This document shows, piece by piece, positions 10,754 to 20,123 of a stretch of DNA of 64,000 bases (position 1 is the first letter of the stretch; the number at the start of each line of letters is the position of its first letter). The notes beneath the pieces are model-generated. The model was given only the letters and a program-made list of their open reading frames with translations. It was not told the DNA's origin and ran no database searches. The position numbers and the translations under genes are program-made. The stretch is from sequence record DRR723986_6279. The stretch is one strand, 5' to 3'.

Positions 10754-11674
10754 ATGAAAAAGTTACTTTCTCTAGTCTTAATTAGTGGTATAGCCCTTGG
10801 AGCCCAAGCGCAGGATAAGAAGTTTCAGATGGGGTTGACCTTAGGACCAACATTTACTTGGACCAAAGTTCAAACAACTGAAATCGAGCGAAATGGTATT
10901 GGAAGTGGATTCACAATTGGCGTTGGAGGAAACTATCTTTTTAACGATAATATTGGACTTGCATTGGGTGTACAATTTGATTTGGAATCATTTAAGATAA
11001 ATTACGGTACTGCAATTTCAAGTACTACCCCTTCAGGACGTGTGTTTTATGGATATAATGACACGGACATTAAAGAATATGATTATAAAGAAAAAGACGG
11101 TGTTATTGAAAACAATGATGTGATTGGTACCACTGATGGCGGTGGAGATACTTCAAAAGTAATGGAGTTAACCACGAGAAAGTTTAAAGGAAAATATGTT
11201 GCCGTTCCAATTTTCTTAAAGTTTCAAACGAACATGATTGGTCAATTCAAGTACTATGGTAAATTCGGTATTAGACCTTCGTTTTTAGTAGGAAGCAGAT
11301 TTGATGATACTGGATATGATGCAGCTTATGATCCAACAACTGATGCTTTTGTAAGAACTGGAGCATCTACGCATGAGTTAAGAACTGATATGAAACCGGT
11401 TACTATCCTAAAAGGCTTAACTCCTGTAAGAGTTGGTGTTGGTATTTATGGTGGTGCTGAATGGAATTTTACTGGAAATACTTTCTTATATCTTGAAGGT
11501 GGATTCAATTATGGAGTAACTCCTTCAATGCAAATTGAATCTGGACACTTAGTAAATCAAGTGGATGATGGATCAGGAACTGCTTACGGAGATGGTGTTT
11601 TAACTCGCTCTGCTCTTAACATCAAAAACAATCCACAACACATGATTGAAGTTAAATTAGGATTATTATTCTAA
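10754..11674 (+). CDS. Outer-membrane beta-barrel protein (porin/PorT-like)
   Basis: Signal peptide from MKKLLSL (start moved from 10685), amphipathic strands, C-terminal Phe. Confidence 0.7.
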   Translation: MKKLLSLVLISGIALGAQAQDKKFQMGLTLGPTFTWTKVQTTEIERNGIGSGFTIGVGGNYLFNDNIGLALGVQFDLESFKINYGTAISSTTPSGRVFYGYNDTDIKEYDYKEKDGVIENNDVIGTTDGGGDTSKVMELTTRKFKGKYVAVPIFLKFQTNMIGQFKYYGKFGIRPSFLVGSRFDDTGYDAAYDPTTDAFVRTGASTHELRTDMKPVTILKGLTPVRVGVGIYGGAEWNFTGNTFLYLEGGFNYGVTPSMQIESGHLVNQVDDGSGTAYGDGVLTRSALNIKNNPQHMIEVKLGLLF

Positions 11675-11678
11675 TTTA

Positions 11679-12452
11679 ATGGATTACCCAAAGGTCATTG
11701 ATTATATCAGCGACTGGCTAAAAAGCTACGCTGAAAAAGCAAATTGTAAAGGATTTATCATTGGAATAAGTGGCGGAATTGATTCTGCCGTAACTTCTAC
11801 TTTATGCGCAAAAACTGGACTTCAGTTGATGTGTTTAGAAATGGGAATTCATCAAAATCCGGATGAAGTGAATCGTGGAATGGAGCATATCGGTTGGCTT
11901 GAGGAAAATTTTGAAAATGTTTCACACCTCAGAATTAATCTAACAGATACTTTTGAAACCATGCGGTCAGCATTGCCAAACAATGCGCAATCACATGGTT
12001 TGTCTATGGCCAATACACGAGCAAGATTAAGAATGTCAACACTTTATGCTGTTGGTCAAGCAAATGGTTTTTTAGTAGCGGGAACAGGGAATAAAGTAGA
12101 AGATTTTGGCGTAGGATTCTATACGAAATACGGGGATGGCGGAGTGGATTTAAGTCCAATCGCCGACTTGTACAAATCTGATGTTTTTGCAATAGCCAAA
12201 GAGATGGATATTGTTCAATCCATTCAAACTGCTCAACCAACTGACGGGTTGTGGAAAGATGAGCGAACTGATGAAGGACAGCTGGGCGCAACTTATCCTG
12301 AATTAGAGTGGGCCATGGAATACAAGGGAGACGGAAAAGGTTTAACTACGCGTCAATTAGAGGTTATACAAATCTATCAATCTTTTAATCGCGCCAACAA
12401 GCACAAAATGGTGCCAATCCCTGTTTGTTTAATTCCGTCTGAACTTAAATAA
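11679..12452 (+). CDS. nadE: NH3-dependent NAD+ synthetase
   Basis: GISGGIDS, NTRARLRM, FYTKYGDGG. Confidence 0.96.
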   Translation: MDYPKVIDYISDWLKSYAEKANCKGFIIGISGGIDSAVTSTLCAKTGLQLMCLEMGIHQNPDEVNRGMEHIGWLEENFENVSHLRINLTDTFETMRSALPNNAQSHGLSMANTRARLRMSTLYAVGQANGFLVAGTGNKVEDFGVGFYTKYGDGGVDLSPIADLYKSDVFAIAKEMDIVQSIQTAQPTDGLWKDERTDEGQLGATYPELEWAMEYKGDGKGLTTRQLEVIQIYQSFNRANKHKMVPIPVCLIPSELK

Positions 12453-12453
12453 A

Positions 12454-14988
12454 ATGATGAAAAGCTTATTGCTGGTTCTCATATTATTTGCTGGGATTAC
12501 GTTTTCACAAGATCTTAAGAAGATTCAGAAAAAATTTCAAATTGAAAACTGTGGAGACAGTGATTATCTTATTGTAAAACGAAAAGGTAAATCTGGGATT
12601 TACAATAAGCAAAATCAGACTTTTGACATTCCTTTATCTGAAAGTCAGTTTTATTTTTTTGAAGACTATGGTTTACTTTTTCAATTTAGTGAGGAAGATG
12701 AGCTATTGGTTAGAAATTTACATTCAGAAAACTTCCCAAATGAGGTACTTAATTCCAAAGCAAAGGACTATTTTTCTTTAAATCAAGAAACGTATTATCA
12801 AAACCGACCAGGAGATTATTACCTTAAATCTGGCAAAATTCACATTGAAAGCCGAAATACAGGGAGACTAGAAATAAGTAAGGATAGTACAAGCATCCTC
12901 AATGAAAAAATTTTAGAGACTCCATCTTTTATACAACAAACTTTTGGGGTTGAAAAAACGGGAAACCTTCTGGTTGTGACTAATTTAAGAAACGACTCAT
13001 ATGACCCGAATCCTAAACCTATCATGAGTATTCAATATCCAGGATACGATTCAATAAATGACATGGGGGAAGTTTTATATTATCCAAATCCAAAAGGCTT
13101 TCAGAAATCTGGAGTATTTGATTTGCTAAAACGAAAATGGATTATTGAACCAGAATATTTCAGAATTCTTAGGTTAAATGATTTGATTTTCTGCAATCAG
13201 CAGGATGCTCACAATAATGAATTGTACTTCCCTGGTTACGGGCACTGGGATATTTATAGAATTGAAAATAATAATCTTCAATTAATCAAATCGAATGTAA
13301 AGTGGGCTGCTGAAATTCCATTTAAAGAATTATTCGAAAATGGGAACCACGAATTCATCCAAAAAGATAGTAGCTATGTTCAATTTACTCAAAATGGTCG
13401 AAAAGGTTTGATGCGGTTATCGCTGTTTTATAATTCGGATTATCTGTTAGATGGAGAACCCGCGTACGCATCACTAACATTGCGTCATGACACTTTAGTT
13501 GAAGCGAATTATGATTTTATTGGCAATATAGGGGATGGTGGTATTGATCCTGAATATTTCCTTTACAATGAAAATGGACTGAAATATGTCAATTTAGAAG
13601 ACGATAGAGTACTAACGAACGTTCAAGGAAAAAATAAGATGTCTATCCGTAAATATGGAAATGATGAACAAAGTTGGAACGATTTCACCTACTGGATAAT
13701 TGATGACAAGACGTACACAGTATCTTCTGATAGTCTCATTTATTACTCTTCAACCATTCAAAGACCTAGCGACAGGCTTTTAGAACGAAAGTCCATAGAA
13801 ATCATCAATGATTCATTAATTTATTTAGAGTACTGGATAAAACAGGGCACTTATTGGGAGCCCGTTTATGATATTGATTACAACTATAAGGTAAACGAAG
13901 ATGGTGAACAATTATATTATCCACCTGATCCTGGAGAGTTTGAGACAGGCGTATTTAACCTGAACAGCAACGAATGGTTTTATGATCGTGAATATGCATG
14001 GATAAGTGCATGCCCGGATAAATTTCGTTTGTGCTATCCTGATTTAGATAGCACGGGATATTACACTACTTATCTTTTTAGAATTGATGATTTAAACAGA
14101 AATGTAATTGAAGAGGAAATTAAACCAAATGACTTGAAGATGCCATTTAAAGATGCTTTCCCAAAGTATAAGGTGGATAGCGTTTACTCTATAAGTGGTA
14201 TAGTTCCTCATTTTTATGGATATTTCGAATATCAAGGAGGCATGGGCGTTTACTACAAAGGTTATCCTGAAATATTAATGGAGCCGCGTGATTACGCCTA
14301 TTATAATAATGATTTTAATTTTTATTTTTCGATTAAGGATGATTCGTGTTTTGTCAACTTCTATGCATTTGAACACAATACTCACTTAAAAGACATAGCT
14401 AAATTGAGCATTTTACCTGCTACAAATATGGATCCATACAAGGGAGATTTATTCTTAGAATTGGATAAAGGAAAAAACTGTCAAATTATTCATTTGAAAA
14501 GTCCAGAATCATATGTGCAAATGGGCTTTGATCGTGATGAATATCGCAATTTTTATTTTCAAGAAATTGCTCACCAAAATTGGGCGTTTTCGGTGAATAG
14601 ATTAAATGATAGCTTAATTTACATTGAAGATTGGTCAGCAGATGAAAATATAGAAAACGTGCCGCCCTTAATGAGTGAATTATATCCCGGTGAAGATTCG
14701 TTAGACGCCAATGGAGAATGGGTTTACCCACCATTAGAACCTGGATATAATCGATCAGGAATTTATAACTTTAAATCAAAATCATGGTGGCTAGAAAGGT
14801 CTTATTACAAAATCGAATTCGCTGAAGATCAGTTATTATTGCGAAAGCCAGTACTCAAAAAAGATGGATTGATTGACTATTATCAATTCAAAATTATCAA
14901 CCTTAATAATGAAGTTATATGGTCTGGTGACGATTACAACGAACTACCAGATGAATCACCCTTTTTTGAGATTTTGGTGGATGATTAA
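12454..14988 (+). CDS. Large exported hypothetical protein with three internal repeats
   Basis: 844 aa, signal peptide, repeated module ending (S/T)G(V/I)(F/Y)-x6-W. Confidence 0.65.
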   Translation: MMKSLLLVLILFAGITFSQDLKKIQKKFQIENCGDSDYLIVKRKGKSGIYNKQNQTFDIPLSESQFYFFEDYGLLFQFSEEDELLVRNLHSENFPNEVLNSKAKDYFSLNQETYYQNRPGDYYLKSGKIHIESRNTGRLEISKDSTSILNEKILETPSFIQQTFGVEKTGNLLVVTNLRNDSYDPNPKPIMSIQYPGYDSINDMGEVLYYPNPKGFQKSGVFDLLKRKWIIEPEYFRILRLNDLIFCNQQDAHNNELYFPGYGHWDIYRIENNNLQLIKSNVKWAAEIPFKELFENGNHEFIQKDSSYVQFTQNGRKGLMRLSLFYNSDYLLDGEPAYASLTLRHDTLVEANYDFIGNIGDGGIDPEYFLYNENGLKYVNLEDDRVLTNVQGKNKMSIRKYGNDEQSWNDFTYWIIDDKTYTVSSDSLIYYSSTIQRPSDRLLERKSIEIINDSLIYLEYWIKQGTYWEPVYDIDYNYKVNEDGEQLYYPPDPGEFETGVFNLNSNEWFYDREYAWISACPDKFRLCYPDLDSTGYYTTYLFRIDDLNRNVIEEEIKPNDLKMPFKDAFPKYKVDSVYSISGIVPHFYGYFEYQGGMGVYYKGYPEILMEPRDYAYYNNDFNFYFSIKDDSCFVNFYAFEHNTHLKDIAKLSILPATNMDPYKGDLFLELDKGKNCQIIHLKSPESYVQMGFDRDEYRNFYFQEIAHQNWAFSVNRLNDSLIYIEDWSADENIENVPPLMSELYPGEDSLDANGEWVYPPLEPGYNRSGIYNFKSKSWWLERSYYKIEFAEDQLLLRKPVLKKDGLIDYYQFKIINLNNEVIWSGDDYNELPDESPFFEILVDD

Positions 14989-15314
14989 TTCCCCTCTGGC
15001 GCAAGCTTCAAAACAATACCATCAATCTCATCCGAAATTTGAATTTGACAACCCAATCTAGAATTGTCTTCAACGAAAAAGGCCTCATCAAGCATATCCA
15101 ATTCGCCATCTGATTGCTCAGGCAATTCATGATCTGATTCTAAATAGCATTGACAAGTGGCACACATAGCCATACCGCCGCATCTGCCTTCAACAGGAAG
15201 TTCATAGGAGCGGCACACTTCCATAACATTCATATTCATGTCTGTTGGTGCTTCTAAATCGTGAGTTACTCCTTCGCGATCAATTATGTGAATGGTAATC
15301 ATGTTTTCTGCCAT
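14985..15314 (-). CDS. 2Fe-2S ferredoxin (adrenodoxin-like)
   Basis: CGGMAMCATCQC and SRLGCQ. Confidence 0.93.
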   Translation of the reverse strand: MAENMITIHIIDREGVTHDLEAPTDMNMNVMEVCRSYELPVEGRCGGMAMCATCQCYLESDHELPEQSDGELDMLDEAFFVEDNSRLGCQIQISDEIDGIVLKLAPEGN

Positions 15315-15348
15315 ACTACAAATTTAAGAAGAAAAGTAAAGATAATCG

Positions 15349-15409
15349 CCCTTCGAGAGCCTCAGGGCTCGAGCTTAACAAAGTAAGGGACACTGAGGTT
15401 CTCGAAGTG
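15349..15409. repeat. Inverted pair of REP-like elements
   Basis: CCCTTCGAGAGCCTCAGGG (15349-15367) ... CACTGAGGTTCTCGAAGTG (15391-15409). Confidence 0.7.
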
Positions 15410-15417
15410 TACCGATT

Positions 15418-16431
15418 CTATTCAAATCCGTTCACCCCATTCACAGTTGTATACTTCAATACATTTTTCTTGTCTGGATAAATTCTCGCAAAAGCAGATT
15501 GAACCGCTATTGTACCTTCATGGAATCCGCAAAGAATTAGCTTCAACTTACCTTCGTAAGTATTTACATCACCGATAGCATAGATGCCTGGTCGGTTAGT
15601 TGAATAATCTCTTGTATCTACTTTAATTGCATTCTTTTCAATCTCTAATCCCCAAGTGGCGATAGGTCCTAAAGTTGGTTTTAAACCGAACAACGGCACG
15701 AAGTGGTCAGCATCTTTTGTGATTTCGCTACCATCTTTGTGCTTGATATTCACAGAGTTCAACTTTCCGTTTCCGTTTAATCCAACAACCTCAGCTTCTG
15801 TAATCAAGTTGATTTTTCCAGCATCAGCTAAATCCATTACTTTTTGAACAGAATCTAAGTGTCCTCTGAAAGAAGATCTTCTGTGCACTAATGATAATTC
15901 TGATGCTATATTTTGCTCAACCAAGTAAATCGACCAATCTAAAGCAGAGTCTCCTCCACCGGCAACCACCACTTTTTTGTCTTGATAAAATTTAGGTTCC
16001 TTGATGATGTATTCTACCCCATTCTCTTCAAAATCCTCCAGCTTTTCAACTGGTGGTTTTCTTGGTTCAAAAACACCTAATCCACCAGCGATCATAACAA
16101 TTGGCGCCTTATGTTTTGTACCTTTATTCGTAGTAACGATAAATTGATCATCTTCTACCTCCTCAATGGTCACAGCCGACTCACCCAAAGTGAACCCTGG
16201 TTTAAATGGTGCAGATTGCTCCATTAATTTATCTACCAATTCACCTGCATCTACTGTGGGATAACCTGGAATATCAAAGATGGGTTTCTTTGGATAAATC
16301 TCTGTTAACTGCCCACCAGGTTGGGGTAAAGAATCTATTAAGTGGCATTTTAGTTTTAATAATCCCGCTTCGAATACCGTGAAGATCCCAACAGGGCCTG
16401 CACCAATTATAATTATATCTGTTTCAATCAT
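15418..16431 (-). CDS. Ferredoxin--NADP+ reductase, thioredoxin-reductase-like
   Basis: GAGPVG, GGQLTEIYP, GGGDSALDW, HRR, GD; no CxxC; adjacent to ferredoxin. Confidence 0.88.
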   Translation of the reverse strand: MIETDIIIIGAGPVGIFTVFEAGLLKLKCHLIDSLPQPGGQLTEIYPKKPIFDIPGYPTVDAGELVDKLMEQSAPFKPGFTLGESAVTIEEVEDDQFIVTTNKGTKHKAPIVMIAGGLGVFEPRKPPVEKLEDFEENGVEYIIKEPKFYQDKKVVVAGGGDSALDWSIYLVEQNIASELSLVHRRSSFRGHLDSVQKVMDLADAGKINLITEAEVVGLNGNGKLNSVNIKHKDGSEITKDADHFVPLFGLKPTLGPIATWGLEIEKNAIKVDTRDYSTNRPGIYAIGDVNTYEGKLKLILCGFHEGTIAVQSAFARIYPDKKNVLKYTTVNGVNGFE

Positions 16432-16483
16432 TTTTATTTTTGTTTAAGAATGTGATAAAACATTCTCATTCTGTCTTCGTTTG

Positions 16484-16596
16484 CCCTTCGGCAAGCTCAG
16501 GGTGACACTCAGACTGACATTCGTCAGACGATTAGAAGACAAATTTAAAGTTCACGAATTTACAAAGAAAAGGTGTCATCCTGAGCTTGTCGAAGG
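16484..16596. repeat. Inverted pair of REP-like elements
   Basis: CCCTTCGGCAAGCTCAGGGTGACAC (16484-16508) ... GTGTCATCCTGAGCTTGTCGAAGG (16573-16596). Confidence 0.75.
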
Positions 16597-16618
16597 ACCT
16601 TTTCTTAACTTCAATTTG

Positions 16619-17785
16619 CTAATATTTTGGTAGTGATGTATCAATTTTATCCGCCCAATCAAGTATACCGCCCTCTAAATTATAAAGATTCGTAAACCCA
16701 TATTTGTCCTGCAACAACTCTATGACGTCTGCGCTTCGTTTTCCTGACCGGCAATGCACCACAACTTTATAATCAGACGATATTTCATCAATGTGTTCAA
16801 GCACATCATTTTGAGGGATCAACTGTCCGTTAATGTTGACGATTTCATATTCAAACGGTTCTCTGACATCAATTAATTGAATGTCTTCTGCCCCATCTAA
16901 CCATGATTTTAGAGTCGTCACATCTATGCCTTTTACGTTTTCGCGCTTTTCCTTTTTATCAATACCTAAGCCGCAGAATTGCTCATAATCTATCAACTCT
17001 GTTAAGGTTGGATTCTTGCCATTGAGAGGATTATCTGGATCTTTCTCAATTTTTAAGGTTCGAGTTTCAAAATTGAGGGCATCAAACAAAAACAATCTGC
17101 CAGACAAATTATCTCCAACTCCTGTAATGACCTTAATTACTTCATTTGCTTGAAGACTTCCTAAGATTCCAGGTAACACTCCAATTACTCCTCCTTCTGC
17201 ACAAGAAGGCACTAAACCTGGAGGTGGCGGTTCTGGAAAAAGGTCTCGATAATTTGGTCCGGTATTGCCATGTGCATCCCCGTAATTAAAGACCGTTACT
17301 TGCCCCTCAAATCTGAATATAGATGCGTATACGTTCGGCACTTTCAGTAAAACAGAGACATCATTCACCAAATATCTGGTTGGAAAATTATCCGTTCCAT
17401 CAGCAATTACATCATAATTTGAAGCAATTTCAATCGCGTTTTCAGATGTAAAAGTGGTGTTGTATGTATTGATCTTAATATGTGGGTTCTGTGCTTGAAT
17501 TCGCTCTTTGGCTGCTTCAACTTTTGGTCTACCAATATCTGCTTGCGTAAACAATACTTGCCTTTGAAGGTTTGAATCCTCAACTACATCAAAATCTACA
17601 ATACCAATTGTACCAACACCTGCAGCCGATAAATATTGTAGCAAAGGCGCTCCTAAGCCACCTGTTCCTATGACTAAAACTCTCGCCGCCTTTAACTTTC
17701 TCTGACCTTCAATATTGAATTCAGGAATAATTAAATGACGACTGTATCGTTCAAGTTCTTCTTTTGAAAATTTAATATCACTCAT
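16619..17785 (-). CDS. moeB: MoeB/ThiF adenylyltransferase with C-terminal rhodanese domain (MoeZ-like)
   Basis: RYSRHL, GTGGLG, SNLQRQ, DNFPTR, PSCAEGGV; rhodanese DVRE...HCRSGKRS...LEGG. Confidence 0.93.
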   Translation of the reverse strand: MSDIKFSKEELERYSRHLIIPEFNIEGQRKLKAARVLVIGTGGLGAPLLQYLSAAGVGTIGIVDFDVVEDSNLQRQVLFTQADIGRPKVEAAKERIQAQNPHIKINTYNTTFTSENAIEIASNYDVIADGTDNFPTRYLVNDVSVLLKVPNVYASIFRFEGQVTVFNYGDAHGNTGPNYRDLFPEPPPPGLVPSCAEGGVIGVLPGILGSLQANEVIKVITGVGDNLSGRLFLFDALNFETRTLKIEKDPDNPLNGKNPTLTELIDYEQFCGLGIDKKEKRENVKGIDVTTLKSWLDGAEDIQLIDVREPFEYEIVNINGQLIPQNDVLEHIDEISSDYKVVVHCRSGKRSADVIELLQDKYGFTNLYNLEGGILDWADKIDTSLPKY

Positions 17786-17789
17786 TTTA

Positions 17790-17926
17790 TTTTAGATTTT
17801 AGACCATTCCGACAAGTCGGAACTGCTAGATCAAAGACCGCTCTCTCGGTTGAACCGAGATCGCTTTTAGATTTGGTCTTGCAAGACTTCATCTGAAAGT
17901 CCCGAAACTTCGGGGCGATCTATACT
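17790..17926. repeat. Composite palindromic intergenic repeat (TAGATTTTAGA family)
   Basis: Aligns with 18978-19070; hairpins TCCGACAAGTCGGA, CTCGGTTGAACCGAG, CCCGAAACTTCGGG. Confidence 0.75.
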
Positions 17927-18205
17927 CTAATTTTTTCCTCCCGCAATTGCCGGAATTATACTTATTACATCTTCATCTTTCACGGGAGTCTCTTCGTTTT
18001 TTAGGGATTTGATATCTCTATCACCCACATAAATTTTCAAAAACGATTGAAGTGTTCCGCACTGCTTAAAAAGATGTTTACTTAAATCGGGATGCAATTC
18101 TCCTAACTGAGTAATTGATTCGCCTACCGATTTACCTGAAGTAATAATCTTCGCCTTGTTATCTGTAAATTTACGTAAAGGCGTTGGAATAATTATAGTT
18201 GCCAT
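17927..18205 (-). CDS. ThiS/MoaD-family sulfur carrier protein (CysO-like) with C-terminal GG-KN
   Basis: IIIPTPLR start, D..SIIPAIAGGKN end, 92 aa. Confidence 0.9.
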   Translation of the reverse strand: MATIIIPTPLRKFTDNKAKIITSGKSVGESITQLGELHPDLSKHLFKQCGTLQSFLKIYVGDRDIKSLKNEETPVKDEDVISIIPAIAGGKN

Positions 18206-18210
18206 TTTTT

Positions 18211-18497
18211 TTTAGATTTTAGATCGCTTCGCTTCTAGACACAAGACCGTTCACTTTGTTCACTGTTAGACTTGGCTTCCCAAACCTCAATAGAAAACTT
18301 TCATAAAGCCTTATTTTATCTACAAGTTTTAGCATTGTTATTTTTTTATCTAGATTCTAGACCGCTTCGCTCATAGACTCTAGACCGTTCATTCCATTCA
18401 CTCTTAGATTTTGTCTTGCAAAATTTAATCTAAGAGTGACCCATGGGAACGATCTATAATCTATCAGCGATCTCGGCTCTGCCGAGAAAGCGGTCTA
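18211..18497. repeat. Two direct copies plus one inverted copy of the TAGATTTTAGA-family repeat
   Basis: TAGATCGCTTCGCT..AGACCGTTCA near 18220 and 18358; 18428-18497 is an imperfect reverse complement of 18358-18408. Confidence 0.75.
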
Positions 18498-18974
18498 TGA
18501 TCTAATTATTATTGATTGTTGAATAAACTTTTTATTTGATTTCTTCCAAGAGTTAATGAGGGTATCTCCATTCCCATCTACAGAAACGATTGCGTACGCA
18601 AAAACACTTTGCGCAAATTCTAAATCGTGTTTAGACGGAATAGCCGGATAATCAGGATGCGAATGATAAATACCAATTACATCTAGCTTATTTTCCAAGG
18701 CATATGCTTCTACCTTGAGATAATCAAGACCATGAATTTCAAACTTTCGTTCTTGTTCTTTTGCTACATTTTCAACTGGATAAACTTCAGATACCAAATC
18801 TGAGTCTTCTGATTTCTTGCCGAGTAAAAAGCCGGCGATCTCATATGGATATCCGTTTCTCGCTACTTGCACTAATTCTGCTTCAATGGCTGCGTTATAC
18901 CTTAACCCAACTTGCTCTTTTTTCGTAATATCAACTACATTTAAGTCTAAATATTCTTCTACTGTTGCTTTCAT
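18495..18974 (-). CDS. JAB/MPN+ (Mov34, M67) metallopeptidase, Mec-like
   Basis: YPYEIAGFLLG and YHSHPDYPAIPSKHD (E-x-HSH-x7-S-x2-D JAMM motif). Confidence 0.92.
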   Translation of the reverse strand: MKATVEEYLDLNVVDITKKEQVGLRYNAAIEAELVQVARNGYPYEIAGFLLGKKSEDSDLVSEVYPVENVAKEQERKFEIHGLDYLKVEAYALENKLDVIGIYHSHPDYPAIPSKHDLEFAQSVFAYAIVSVDGNGDTLINSWKKSNKKFIQQSIIIRS

Positions 18975-18977
18975 ATT

Positions 18978-19070
18978 TTTTAGAGTTTAGATCGTCTCGG
19001 CTAAGCCGAGACTGCTAGATTAAAGACCGCTCACTCGGTTGCACCGAGTTCCCTGAAAGATTCAAGATTT
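18978..19070. repeat. Composite palindromic intergenic repeat (TAGATTTTAGA family)
   Basis: Shares ACTGCTAGAT.AAAGACCGCTC.CTCGGTTG.ACCGAG with the 17790 copy. Confidence 0.75.
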
Positions 19071-19178
19071 GAAATTGTACACTCGTATGTGTATTAACCC
19101 ATTCAGCTCTTTGCTCTATACTCTTTAATCTATGTTCTTATTTAATGTTTTATTTTTCACATTTCAGTTTAATCTTCA

Positions 19179-20123
19179 CTAGAATAATTCAATCCCTAGC
19201 TCAGCATAAACCTCTTCGTATTTTGATCCGTCATCTGCTAAAATGGTAACCACCATTCCCTCGTTTAATGCCTCAGCTATTTGTTTTGCGCCAACTAAAC
19301 TTGCTGCCGAAGACGGACTTATTTTTAAATCATATTTTTGGTAAACTGTCTGAATCATTTTTAAAGCCGCTTCAGAACTTACCTCTACATTTTTATCGGC
19401 TAAATCTTGGTCAAAAATTCCAGGAACTTTTGCCGTTTCCAGATGCTTCCAACCTTCTAATCCATGCATAGGTGATTCGGGCTGCATCTGGACAAGACAG
19501 ACTTCATCTGATTGCATTTTCAAATATTTACCTACTCCTACGAATGAACCTGTCGTCCCAAGAGAAGCGGCAAAATGAGTCACCTTACCTTTTGTTTGTC
19601 CCCAGATTTCTGGTGCAGTAGATTCAAAATGTTTTTTCCAGTTTGCCTCATTGTTGTACTGATCTGCATAGAAATAGAGCGCTGGTTCTGCTTGAAAAAT
19701 TTCTTTCGCAACAATCTGCGCTCCATCCGTTCCTTCAAATGGTGAAGAGTAAATGATTTTCGCTCCCAATTCTTTAAGAATATCCTTACGTTTTTGACTT
19801 GCATTTTCAGGCAAAACAAGCGTGAATGGAATACCCAATTCTTTGGCAATTGTAGCATAAGCTATTCCAGTATTACCACTGGACGCATCTAACAAAATTT
19901 TGTGCTCGTTCAGCTTACCTGCTTCAATAGCAGATTTAATAATACCATAAGCCGCTCTTGCTTTTACCGATCCGCTTAACTGTTGCCATTCAAGCTTTGC
20001 AAATAGTTTAACATTCGCATTTGAAAGCAATTCTGAAAAGTCGAAAAGAGGTGTGTTTCCAATCTGCTTTTCTAACGCAGCCAACTTCAATTCTAGTTCA
20101 GTATTTAAATCAACTGTTTCCAT
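19179..20123 (-). CDS. PLP-dependent cysteine synthase family protein (CysM-like)
   Basis: IGNTPL, SGSVKAR (PLP Lys), SSGNTG, GTTGS, DDGSKY. Confidence 0.9.
   Translation of the reverse strand: METVDLNTELELKLAALEKQIGNTPLFDFSELLSNANVKLFAKLEWQQLSGSVKARAAYGIIKSAIEAGKLNEHKILLDASSGNTGIAYATIAKELGIPFTLVLPENASQKRKDILKELGAKIIYSSPFEGTDGAQIVAKEIFQAEPALYFYADQYNNEANWKKHFESTAPEIWGQTKGKVTHFAASLGTTGSFVGVGKYLKMQSDEVCLVQMQPESPMHGLEGWKHLETAKVPGIFDQDLADKNVEVSSEAALKMIQTVYQKYDLKISPSSAASLVGAKQIAEALNEGMVVTILADDGSKYEEVYAELGIELF

Noticed and set aside
16619-18205. Molybdopterin or thiamine biosynthesis role for moeB/moaD-like genes
   Set aside because: No moaA/moaC/moaE or thiG nearby; flanked by cysteine synthase and JAB protease
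16619-18974. E1-like + JAB + ubiquitin-like trio as an anti-phage conjugation system (CBASS type II or Bil-like)
   Set aside because: No E2, cyclase or effector gene; the E1 is a MoeB-rhodanese and the context is sulfur assimilation
17790-19070. Intergenic repeats as a CRISPR array
   Set aside because: Repeats are degenerate, separated by whole genes, lack regular spacers, and no cas genes are present
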